A program made the translations under genes and the position numbers. Shown here piece by piece: positions 1 to 11,925 of a stretch of 50,616 nucleotides of DNA. The DNA is from Vezdaea acicularis (Eukaryota): assembly GCA_026025075.1 (NCBI GenBank), contig JAPEUI010000055.1:62001-112616 (forward strand), read 5' to 3'. Within the stretch, counting starts at the first letter, position 1. Each line of letters starts with the position of its first letter. The notes under the pieces are model-generated. The model was given only the letters and a program-made list of their open reading frames with translations. It had not been told where the DNA came from and made no database searches.

Positions 1-189
1 AAGCGGCTGGCATCATTCACGGTCACGCTTTGCACAACATGCAAAGGGGGAATTCTAATTAACGACCTCATATGGTAGAAGCAATCCATTCTGCGCTCCG
101 AGCAACAAATGACATCCACTTTCCATAGTGGACGGATCGATAATTAGCTTCAAGAGGGACTTGAATTGCCATACGGTTCTCATACACAT

Positions 190-2213
190 CTAGAATCTAT
201 ACCGCGAGGCATAGCCTGGGATTAGCTGAGGAGCAACAGCCGACTCGGTGCCTGGCCTTGGTAACATAGGATATTCAAGTGTCCAGCCTACTGATTGAGA
301 TACATAGTCAACGATTCTATCGCAATCCCCAAGTAGGGTGATATCGACATTAACGTGCTCCGCTGGCTGTGTATCCAATGATTAGCGTTTGAGAATAGTT
401 TTGAGAGAAAGTCCCTGGCTCACATGACGGGATATGAGTATCTGAGGTACGCTTTTTGGCAACCTCTGCACAATTTCTGAGACAGGTTTCACTTTGAGAG
501 AAGTGCCCATAATTATGACAAGGTCAGCTATCGGAATATCCTTTTCTAAGCGATGATGATAGTCCTCTGGTAGGTCATCTTCAAAGAATGTTATATTCGG
601 CTACAGATGGTGACGTCTTAGCGGGTATTAAGGGGTACAGAGCATGACTGTTGGACTACAGACCTTTAGGGGGCTTGCTTCTGGAATGATATCATTTGCT
701 TGATCATCGCTATCGCTGTTGACTCCCCACGTTCCGTCCGCATCCTCCCTAACCCGCCGCCTTTTCTTCTTTTTGACTTTGTTACTCGTGCGCGAGCTTG
801 CATCGTGCTTTCCCCGAGCAATTAACTTGCGATGCAATGGTTGTAACTTTGGGGCTTGATTTATTCGATATAGGCACGCGGGACATCTTGGAACGCGGCC
901 TGCCTGAATATCGTTCAAGACTTCCGAAATGCTTGCCTGGTAATCACAAGGTGGGCTGACGCTAGTGCACTTGACTGTGGCAAGCGATCCATGGCATTGG
1001 ACCAGATTATTTGGTAACAAGCCTGCATCAAGTTCAATGCCATCAATGTTTTGGGTATAATTTGTGAGGAGCTTGCCGTTGTCTTGGAGCAATCTAATGA
1101 AAGAATGAGCTGGAGAGAACGGATGACGTTTCGCTGGCAACAGAATGTCCTTAGCCGCGCTGTAGAATATTCTAAAAGCAAGGCCATTAGCGCCCCAGCT
1201 GAAATAATAGTAGATCTTTTGATATCTGTATAAAGGTAACATGACTCAGTATAAAGGAACATGATCGTTGCCCTCCAGCTTGCGCGATACATCAGAGCTT
1301 TCTTGGGAAGTCTGGGACTGCTACGCTGCTTAGAGATATGAAAACTCATGCCGAGAAGTCTATCTCATGATTCCTAGGGCTATTGATGTTGTCTGATACG
1401 ATGTCTAATACATGCATACTATCGACTTGTAAATTGACTGGGGTTCTTACTCAGGTCTCTCACTAAACGTGATAGAATGGAATAACTCCTGTGGATCACT
1501 AAGCCCATAGAATGCTAGCTTCTCTGATAATGCATCATACAATCCGTCACCTGTTGAGCGAAAATCTGGGATACCTAAGCTTGTTGAGATCTTAAAAGGT
1601 TAGTAGGCTTTCTCGCGGTTGGGCAGTAGGCACACCCCAGCACCTGTGAGAACTATGATTTTCTGCGCTTTCTTGAGTAGTAAAATGAAATCGTCGAACG
1701 TATTGTACTGGACTAATTTTGGCCGCTTCTTTAGCTCCCGATCAAGGGCTGCCTGCAGCAGAACCTTGAATTCTTCGTCTGGGCGGTCTTCGAGGAATGA
1801 CGGTGGGTTTATGACACCAAAAGCCGTCAAAAGTCTTCGAGCTGAAATACTCCCGTTCTCTACTGTGCTAGCATAGAATCTCTTAGGGCCCAAATCGTGT
1901 AATTGCTGACGGTACTTCGCAGACTCTAGAGAAGTGCAAGCATTCCTTTCTGGATCAATAAGTTGATGTTATACGATGTAGAGGAACATCCCTCACCACC
2001 GGAGTATGTCTGTTCATCTCCCATTTGCTTAAGAATGCTTTCGCAAAGAGCTTTAGAGATAATGCCATCGTATCCATCATCGCCCGAGAGATTCTCACTC
2101 CTGCTTGAATCGAGCTCGCTTCCATCTTCGGTCAAGTCGACCATAGAGGCCCGCCGCCGTTTCAGAGGTAGGCCTAGCTTGTTTGAATCGTCGTCTTTGT
2201 GAGCGCGTCTCAT
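190..2213 (-). CDS. SIR2: NAD-dependent histone deacetylase, Sir2/Hst1 class sirtuin (multi-exon)
   Basis: Spliced translation gives the sirtuin motifs [32 protein letters not shown], zinc Cys pairs (CTSVSPPC...CPAC), [18 protein letters not shown] and DITLLGDCD. It includes a 279-nt intron at 1172-1450. Confidence 0.93.
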
Positions 2214-2386
2214 CTTAGGCTAAATGCAACGCAATGTTAACTCAAATTGAGTAGTTATGCCGTGGGCTAAAAGCCAGATTTCCAAATTTAGTGATATCCC
2301 TAGGGGAGCCGAAGCGGCAAATTGCGCACTCCTGCTTGGACAGTAGAAGCTGTCATGGTCCTAATGTACCACAATATTGGAGAAAC

Positions 2387-3144
2387 ATGTCGTATGCACA
2401 AAACCCACCTGCGCCTCCACCAAAACCTAATACTCCGCGGCCTATTCATATATCTCTCCAAGGAGGCCAAGGCTCTTTGCCATTGTTAAAAAGGCAGGAA
2501 AGTCGTGATATTACCCATGGAGGCATTCTCAATGGCCCCACGCAAGTCGAGCCAGGGAAGCAGTGGCTTCCTGAGATCTTAAGGGACAAATCGTGAGAGC
2601 TCAGTATCTACGGAAACATCCGTTAGCTGAATAGTGCCGTAGGAAACCTGATCTGTCTGATGTCTTGAAGACGCCAGCCCTTCTCGACGCACTATCGAAT
2701 TCCCCGTCATCAATTCCACCAGGGCATGTGCCACGTACGCATCCTGCTCACGCACTGCAGCATGCTTTGAGTACGAATCTCGATACCGCTACCGAAATTG
2801 CTAAACAGGAAGCGTGCCTTCTGACGCTCCGTTCCAAAACCGAGACCCAGTTGCTTCATCTCCATACCATGAATTCGCATTGGAGGAACACACAAGCTCG
2901 GCTTGACAAAGCCCTTTCACCGTTCAGCCCTCCTGCACTATACCAACGTCTCGCACAAAGTATATCAGAGCAGGAGGCATACTGTCAAGCATTGGAAGAG
3001 AGCTTTCTTGATGAAGACGGCAAAGCGACGGATAGAGAGCTTAGTGAGTTTTTACGAAGATTTCGAGAGGGGAGAAAAACTCTGTACCTCAGAGAGGAAA
3101 GGAAAAAGAGGTGGGACGAGGGTAGAGTCGGTGGATGGCGATAA
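2387..3144 (+). CDS. VPS37: ESCRT-I subunit Vps37 (Mod_r domain)
   Basis: ATG 2387, intron 2593-2642 (GTGAGA..TAG). Pro-rich N-terminus, then SPFSPPALYQRL...LEESFL...EFLRRFREGRKTLYLREERKKRWDEGRVGGWR, typical of fungal Vps37. Confidence 0.85.
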
Positions 3145-3940
3145 CAGAACTCTCAAAACCGAACAACTTCAATCACGTTGATTTCTCTCGCACTGGAGCT
3201 CATTCACATGATTCTGAACACTGCTAGAGGTATCCCTGGAACATCTCACGAAGTCTTCCGCAATGAGCGTTGATAGTGGACAATATCTTTGATGCTTGCT
3301 TTAGTGAAAGGTATCATCCCCGAAACCTTCCCACTCGACGTCGCTATTGACGATATATCATTCCAAAGATGTGCATTATTGTAGTTATAATATACAGGTC
3401 GTGATTCTGGATGCTCCTATACGATATTTGTTATTAATATAAACTCGTTCAAAAGTGCTAGAACTTGAAGAATTCAAAAGGCGACCTAATCAGTTCTCCA
3501 AAGTAAAGATGTAATTCTTCAAGGATGAATCTCGGAAAGAACACAGCGAATGCATGAATCATCAGAAAGAAAGAGCTTCTAATGGTATTTCAAAAAGCGG
3601 GCATACCTTGTCGGAGGAAGAGACTGCTAAGCCTGCGTGATTGTTTGGCCTGATGTAAATGGTTGGCAATGTTAGCCTTTCTGATCTGAAAATGCTTTAC
3701 TGGTAGATGTTCGACAAAAGTGTACGGAGACGGTCAAGTAATCAGGCTGGAGTCCATCGTATTAGCCTTATTACGCAGGACGTGCGCTGGAAGTGGCACG
3801 TACCTCATTAAATCAGATTTTTCAGTGTGTTGTACGTTCACTTCTAGGCAATCGCCCAGATCAAACAGTGTGAATAGTGATCATCATTTTGAATTGAAGC
3901 GCAAGCATGTGAGGTATTCATAACATGCAAGATGCAAAAA

Positions 3941-3973
3941 TTAGAATGGATAGGTATACCTATCTTAGAATGG
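3941..3973. repeat. 16-bp perfect palindrome flanked by 8-9 bp direct repeats
   Basis: TTAGAATG (3941-3948) + GATAGGTATACCTATC (3949-3964, self-complementary) + TTAGAATGG (3965-3973). Confidence 0.8.
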
Positions 3974-4895
3974 CGGATGAACCCTGGATCTAAGCACTGT
4001 AACCAGCTTGTCAGCTCGAAACCTACAAGCGACTAACGAGTAGAGCAGGTGAGCAGCTCCTTGAGCGGGCATTGATCAGTTGACGAAGTCTCAACAAGTA
4101 CATCCTCCAACTGCGCCAAAAAGGCTTGTTCGTCTTGCTTTCAAGGACGAATTGAAGGAGTACGCAGTCTGTCCGCCCGTACGTTCAAAATTCTTCATTT
4201 ATACATAGCTCAGGGATGTTGGTATAGGAGATTGTGTGATAAAGATTTAGAATAAGTTACCTGCGAGATTTGGGGTTAGCACGTCTCTGGAGACAAAAAT
4301 AGAGCCTAGTATATTGAAGATAGATGTATCTCAGACAAGGCTGAAACTTGAGAGTAGCATAATCGACATTATGAATTCAGAATGAGGAATTCCTGTTGTG
4401 TCACTTGATCATCACAGATGGATGGAGAAGGGAAACGTTGAGTACCAGCTGCATCAACGTACCTTTAAAAGTTTCCGCACGCTGATATTGTTTGCTTCGC
4501 TTGCTTTCTCTGCCCTAATTAGCTAGTTGGCCCGAAAGGTCATCAAGACAAGAGTTGCTCGGAGAGGAATATAGAAATCAGAGTAATTCTAGAGAAAGTT
4601 ATTCCCGCACGGCAATGTAGGATTTGGATTGTTCATGGAATAGGATCATCATTTTCGATGGAAGAGCAGATGCATAATGCCTGACAAACTTACGTTGGCG
4701 TATGTTGACAAAGTCCTAGGCACACTCTCATGTAACCAAATTAATTTGTTGCGATCCAGGTTTTGAAAGATATTTATGCGCCGCTAGTCCGGCAGCCATG
4801 TACGACCATCTACGCGGACCGGCACGGCTGTTCCCGAATAGATTTTACCAAAGTAAGGATGCGACTCGCAGACAACCACATGAGGAATTTATGCA

Positions 4896-5704
4896 ATGTC
4901 TTCGCGTTTTGTATCGGGTGGAACCGTTGATGAGCCTGTAGAAAGAGACGATGAATGGCTCAAGGCTCAAAGAGAATTAGAGCAGCTGCGCAGACGCAAA
5001 GAAGAGGAAGGCAGACAAGGCAGTGGACAAAGTCTCTTTGACACGTTACAGGCTAATAAAGGTTGGGCTTCGAGGTGTTACGGAGCTGTGTATTTACTTC
5101 AGGCTGACATATTAGTCTTTTGTTGCAACGATCAGTTGCTAAGCAAGAAGCGTTTGAGGAGTCTATAAAGCTTAAAAATCAGTTTCGCTCTCTTGACGAG
5201 GACGAGGTTGATTTCCTCGATTCTGTTCTAGAATCCACGCGTAGAAAGGAAGCCGCCATAAAGAAGGAGACCGCAGAGCAGCTTGAAGTTTTTCGGAAAG
5301 AACGGGAGGAAGCAGACAAAGCTACAGCCAACGCCGATGATGCCGTTGACTCTGGTAAGATGGTGATGGGAACAATCTCACCCGTGGAGGAAGACCAATG
5401 GGCCATTAGTGGGCGTAAAAGGAAAAAAGGAAAGCAAGATCCACTAAAGCCCATCAAGTCACGGAAGCTGAGTGGAGAAGAGCTGCCTGTATCCAAGTCG
5501 CTTGGAAGGTCGAATTCGGGCGGCAAATCGTTAGTGGAAAGCTCACCAAACAGGTCGAGCTCTGGCTCTGGAGTTATCCGTATTGCCGTGGAGGCGCTTC
5601 CTCCTTCCTCTGCAAACTTGCCCGATAAGCCACCTCTGGACCTTAAGTCGTCTCAGAGATTCGGCCTTCTAGGCCTTGAAGAATATAGTTCTGATGAGAG
5701 TTGA
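4896..5704 (+). CDS. FYV6: FAM192A/Fyv6/NIP30 N-terminal domain protein (second-step splicing factor family)
   Basis: MSSRFVSGGT...W..AQ.ELE...SLFDTLQANK|VAKQEAFEESIKLKNQFRSLDEDEVDFLDSVLES is the family signature. It ends in an LGLEEYSSDES tail. Intron 5062-5135. Confidence 0.88.
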
Positions 5705-5981
5705 AGGGATTGGCAGCGTTACTTCTCTGAACATCAGACGCTACGCCAGAAGAAATGGTTGCATCGTTTGCCAAGACCTATAAGATCCTTGGAAAAATTC
5801 ACTTGAATGAGAAACATCTCAATACATGTCATGAGATTGGAGTGGTTTATCACCCATGTGGACATGGGGTTTGCCAGCGATAAAACGCCTGCGCGCCTTA
5901 AACTATTCTGCTGAATTGCCTCTACTCTCGACCGACCTTAAGCGTCCTATTCTATCGAGCGCGAATAGAGTTATATAGATA

Positions 5982-8900
5982 TTAACCTACAATATCATTA
6001 AAGATATCCCCCAAGACCGACCTTTTCCCTAAGACACGCTTGATGTTAATTGTACCTCTCCGGGGCTGAGACTTGGTTGGCGAAGAGATGGGTTTGTTTT
6101 CCTTGTCCACGTTCTCAAAATCAAATGCCTTTACAGCCATTGAGAGTGGCGATCTATCCGTTTCTTGCGTCGCTACGTCTTCAAATCGATGTTTCGCTAT
6201 AGCTTTCTGAGGAAGGTCATAAAGCCATCCGTTTGCCTCCATCATACTCACAAGTTTTGTCAGCGTTTCGTTCCCTCCAGACAATGTCTGTTTACTGCCG
6301 AGGATGAGAAGCTTAGTCCTCGCTCGCGTGAGAGCAACGTTCACTCTACGCCAATCCTTGAGCAACTCTCCTACATCCTTGGCGTCATTACTACGGACTA
6401 AACTCAGGATGATGACTTCTTTGTCGCGACCCTGATATTTATCCGCCGTATGCATCTCGACGTCTCGCGCTTTGTCACCCCAAAGCTTCCGCCGTAACAA
6501 TGATAGCTGTGATCGATAAATGCTGATGACACCAATATCTATACCTGGAACACCGGTGCTGAGGAGGGCGAGGACAAGTTGGGTACAAATCGTGGCTTCA
6601 ACTTCGTTGACTATGCGACTTCCCTTGGCATTCTCTCGTGCTGCAGGGAGAAGGGTATCTGTGTTTATAAAAGAAACCTGAAGGTCCGGGTTCAGGAGAT
6701 CCCGTATCCAGCAGGAGCCGAGCACAGGACCTACACAAAAATCCTTCTGTCCTTGAGATAGTGTAGAGAATGCATGGTGATGGGACTCAAGGCCAGCAAG
6801 ATGAGGAATATGAAGTTTCCGCCCGGCGACTTCGTTGTTGCCGCACTTTAAGAGCCCTTTGTATATCAAAGAATTTGATAGGGACATTATCGCAGCATTC
6901 ATCCGATATTGATGCTCCAAATTGACGACAGAGGAAGGATGCGTTTCAGAAAGAAGCTTGAAGAGACTTACATCAAGGCCTCTTTCCCTCGCTTCTTTGT
7001 CCTGCACGAGTGGGGGCAGCTGGTAATGATCGCCAACAAGAATGAAGGTGCGAGCCATTCGAATAGGTCCTAAACAGACTGGGAGCGTTATCTGAGAAGC
7101 CTCATCAACGATACAGTAATCGAAAATACGTTCCTGAAAAACTTGGTGGTTTATTCCCAAGCAGGTAGTGGCAACTACCTGGGGACTATGGTAGGCTTGC
7201 TGTAGCTCCTCAATACTTTTCTTGGGGGTTCCGGCAAGAGTGACAAATTCTTGGACCTGAGGATGAATTTTCGTAAGAGGGCCGATCCGTAATATCCTAG
7301 TATTATCCTGCCGAATTTTGAGAAGGATGTTGTCAACTGCTGTATGTGTGTAAGAGGTTAATAATATGCTCTTGCCTTGCGATACAAGAGCTCGAATAAT
7401 ATGAGTGATAGTTGTCGTCTTCCCGGTTCCCGGCATTCCCAATACCAAAGCATAGTTCTGCGCGGCCATTACTTTCTCAACCGCCCTTCGCTGATCAACA
7501 TTCAAGTTCGCCTGGCTTGAAATGTCATACGCTGGCGGATTGACCTTGAAGATAGGGGCCTTCAGATCTACCACAAGGCTTCTAATCTGTCGCGAACCAA
7601 AATGGCCTTCAGCCATAACTTGAATTAGGTTATTACGGACAGCAGCCATGCCGTTGCTAAATTCATCCTTATCCAGTCGGTAGACTGGCGGCTCTTCGGA
7701 TTCTCTTGGCTCAAAGGTAGAACGCAAGGCTCCTTCTTCCAATACCTCCATGATACCAGCAAAAACCTGGTTTCTTGCAGCGTCAAAATTTTGTCCTCTA
7801 GTTCGAGCACCGTGTAGCCTCCTGTCCACCGCTACAGTAACCCGGCTCTTGCGTAAGTGAGTAACATAGCCATTGGCGAGCGCAAAGTGACCCTGCTCGT
7901 CAGATATCACGATTGGCTCGCCCACGGTAATTTGCGACTCAAGAAACGAGAAATTTGGGAGCGAGTCTTTCTTCATTAGCGTGTATCGGAAGCGGTTGAT
8001 CTTTGGCGCATCCTTCTCTTCATGTGCAGACCCATCCTCCAAGATGACATTTGCAAAGCATCTTCCAACCTTCTCCCGTTCCGAACTTAACATGGTCCAG
8101 AGTTCCCGTCGGAATTTGAGAAGCTCTCTCTCCTCTTTCGTGAGTAATTCATCCCATTTTTGAAAAAATGCCTGGTGCTGGGGCTCGAGATGCCGGACAA
8201 CCTCCGTAAACTTACCTTTGGCTCCACTAGAGTTCTCATCTCCTCCTTCGATAAGCTTATGATAGATGAAGCACGGTACCTTGGCGTAACATCTTTCGCA
8301 GGTATAAGGGGATCTTAACATGGGGGGAAGCTTTGACCGGTCCTTCACATAGCATGCTATTCTATTTCGTTGTATGACCATGTCCCTGAGTTCATGCCAA
8401 ATGGCTGGTATTTGTGACATCTCAGAAGTCTCCATATAGTACAGAATACCGTAGACTACCTCAATGTCTTATCACCGACTATTAGCAAGAATTCTCTATC
8501 AAGAAATTGGTTTGACTATACCGTATCGATCCGAAAGTAGGAGCGTGTAAAGGGCCGTTTGAGCTCTGTGAGAAGCATTGGTCACATTTTTGCCTGTCTT
8601 GACTTCAAATGGGACAGTCAAAGTCCTCTGTCCGTCATTACCCTTCTCTGTCACCTGCACTGTGGCGTCTATGTTTCCTTTCAGACCAAACATCGGTGAC
8701 AACACATGCTCTTCGACTTCAAGCAGCTTATTGATGCTCATGGTCACCTCCCTACCATTCCTTCCCTTGATGACCGCGCCGGCCTGCAATGACATTAGCT
8801 TTTCGAGAATATCTAGCTGCATTAATTGACCTACCGTTGGTCTCGCGCTCACGAAAACCTTTGCCCATGCTTGTAGCTTGGGCATCTTGCTTTTGAGGTA

Positions 8901-11411
8901 GTCTGTGGCATGATCCGTCGATACTTGAACTGCGTACAGATCTTCAAGAAATCTTTCTACGGTCGAACCTATTACCCCCCCAAGCCACTCTGTATCCCAT
9001 TTGTTGACTCTCATGGCATTCTGGAATATTTCATGTAGTATCTGCCCATAAACTTGTGATGGGCTAGGCTCGTTGGTAGTCTTTACGCGATCTTGAAGTA
9101 CAGCACGCCGAGTACACCCCAATGAATCAGCCACGACAGTGGATGATATGAGATGGTCTGGGTGAAGAATAAGCATGTTCGTAGCATCATCGACAATGCA
9201 ATGCCCATTCCTAGTGAAATCGCCAATGAGGTGGACATATGCACCCACGGAACATATAGTTTCCGCCCACGACTGGCGGAGAACTATAGTTTTACTGACT
9301 TTTGTGGCCTCTTGCGTTACCGCGATTACCTTGGTTCAGCGTTAGTCAATCACAATTTTAGCTGAAAAAGGATATTCACGCACAACTTCCGGTAGGCCCT
9401 GGCCCGTATGACTTTGGTATTCCCCGTTTGCGATGCTCGTGACAAGGTACCGCTTGATGGCTCTAGGCTTTTGCCTACACTTAGAGATTTCAGTATTCTA
9501 TTTACTAGTTCTCAAAGCTGAACATACATGTCTTTCACGGGGATTCAATATGGAACCGTCTGCAGCAGATGCTTCAGCGGCTAAGAACTCAACATCATCG
9601 CCGTCCTCTTCCTCAAAAGATCCATACTCGGCTTCAACCCTATCTCCGGCTGCGTTTGTAGCCAACTTGTCCCGAGCCCCTTCTGGCTTCGATAACCGTA
9701 AAGGTGATTGAGAGGTTCTTATTTGACCAGCCCTTTCAGTAAGTGTATCTTGTTTGTCCTCAAGAGAGCTTTGATGTGTGTCATATTTTGCCATGATTTC
9801 TTCAAACTCGCTGCCGTAAAGCCCACCTTCGTCATCGCTATCCTTATCGCCGTCGTCATGGTCATCATCGTTATTATTGAAGTCATTGTGCGAGTTCTTG
9901 ATTGCTCTGTTCGAGCCAGGCTCAGGAAAGCAGAGGGGCTTTCTGACAACAGCCGAGCTAGGAGGGCTGAGATGGTAACTCGTGGTATGTTGCCCTTGCT
10001 GTCTATCTACAGAGGAGCGGGATAGCATTTTAGATGATCGCTGCACCTCCGAGTCTTTGATCGCGCAATTGAAAGCCTCAATCATCTCTTCGTCATCAAT
10101 ATCTCCAAATTCAGAGGACCTATCGCTGATGTTTGTTGAGCAGTGCGCTGCGTCGAAAGTGGCACTGCGCTTCCGAAAGCTTGGGGATCCCGCTTCGGCA
10201 ATGGCTTGTCGGAGACTTCCAGATGACTTGATAATTTGATTGTTTATAAGTTTGTTTCTCAAGGGCGAGCTAGTAGGGCTCAACTTAGTTTCGTTATAAT
10301 TAGGTAACGGCGAGGAGCTGGATAGGCCTGCTATATCATGTGGTGGAGACGAACTGATCAGGCTGTTTTGGACTCTATCCATGAGCAAGCTGACACGCGA
10401 GAGCTTCGTTTTCCTGAGTGGTTGTAGATTGCTTCTATGGGAGGAAAAGGTATCGTCAACCGCTTCATGATGATTAGGAGCCGCAATTTTTCTTCGCTTT
10501 GCTTCGGAAATTGGCCAATCTGTCCCACAACTGACTGATCTGGCAAGTCCTGGCCCATGATTGACTGCCCTTAAGTTCGTTGGTGCCCTCGGAGAGGAGG
10601 GGTCGATGAGGTGGGCAAAATGAGGTGGAAGCTTAACGTTTGAACCTGAATTACCACAAGCGTCGATATCTAACGCCGCCCATATGTCTTTGCTGGAATC
10701 TGCTTTTGGCGTCTTGAGAACTTTATTCAGATGGTGAAGATCAAAAGCCATATTATTGGTCCTCACGTAGGCCGTTTCTCGAGGAGAAGAAAGGGGCGAT
10801 GAACTTCGTGCCCGTTTTTTGCCCCGTCTTATTGGAGCCAATGCTTTGATCAATGAATCTGTTTGTTCTACGCTGCGTGGAGATCTTGAGTGTGCCCAGA
10901 GAACCTTTTCGTCAGGCGTCTTGTCAACGTGAGATCCTTGTTTAATTAGGTCGCCATTTGCGCCTATGAGATCTGCAAGTGGCAGCCGAGTTGCAGGCGT
11001 CTGGGGTGCTGTTCTAGTCATTCGCTCGGAGGAATTTTGAGATATAGGCTTCGTCCTGACCTCCTTGGAACCTAATGATGGTTTCATGTTGCATGGTGTG
11101 CTATCTGGTAGGAGGCGTTCCGTTATTTCCGTGTTGTCTGTATGAGAATCAACCGTTATATCGGCTCTAGTTTCATAATGCAAGAGCTCCGAATCCACTT
11201 CGATGGGTATTATGCAATGTAATTTGGTGGTTCTATGGGTTGTAGCATGGGCTGGTCCTATTGTTTGATGCACTACCTCTGTCTTCTTAAAGGGTCGAGC
11301 GCGACTTTTCTGCATTTGAGTATCAGCTATAAGTACGATAAGGACGGAGATTGGACTTACTCTGATAACAGATTTTTGGTCGAAGAATGACCTCTGAGCT
11401 TTAGAACTCAT
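5982..11411 (-). CDS. DNA2: DNA replication ATP-dependent helicase/nuclease Dna2 (multi-exon)
   Basis: Disordered N-terminus, then LILHPDHLISSTVVADSLGCTRRAVL, the nuclease motifs LKGNIDATV / FEVKTGK / HRAQTALY, Fe-S cysteines (CERCYAKVPC) and SF1 helicase motifs GMPGTGKTT, IVDEASQ, LVGDHYQLPP, TADKYQGRDK, NVALTRAR. Confidence 0.97.
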
Positions 11412-11468
11412 AGGACATGGAAAGTATTGTAGGTCTACTGGGGAGCGCTTGTAGCTCTCTTGTTGATA

Positions 11469-11521
11469 ACGCGCGACGCGCAGTGATTACGAGGGACGCG
11501 AAAGCGGCGGGAGCGCACGTG
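11469..11521. promoter_or_regulatory. Cluster of MCB/SCB-like elements plus an E-box upstream of DNA2
   Basis: ACGCG at 11469, 11476 and 11496 (the last as ACGCGAAA), and CACGTG at 11516-11521, about 60-110 bp upstream of the DNA2 ATG. Confidence 0.6.
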
Positions 11522-11925
11522 AGCTAAAATACATTGTTTGAAAGACACTACACCTCAATTTGAGATCGACAGATATCCTGAGAACTTGCCCCTTTGGTGT
11601 AAAAGATAATCGGAGCATGGAAATTTGCAATTCCCTTCAGCCTCAGCGTTGAACGGAGTATTTGCAGTGTGCAGTCTATTTATCATAGACGAGCAGTGTA
11701 CCCCCAGTGCCCTCGCGTTTCTTTTTTCATAACGGAGCTAAACTCCCCCACTCGCGATCAATTTGCCTGCAAATATATGTTTTCTATTTTACTGTGTCTA
11801 ATTAACATATCCTAAAACCTTACGAGGCTTATAGACAAGTCGAGTTTTGCGGTTTTTGATTGAACAACAAATCTATGGGCAACTCACCACATTTCTAACA
11901 ACGCAATTCTAAGCAATCGCTCAAC

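Noticed and set aside
4797..4850. GTACGACCAT resembling the 5' end of fungal 5S rRNA
   Set aside because: The downstream sequence does not continue the 5S pattern.
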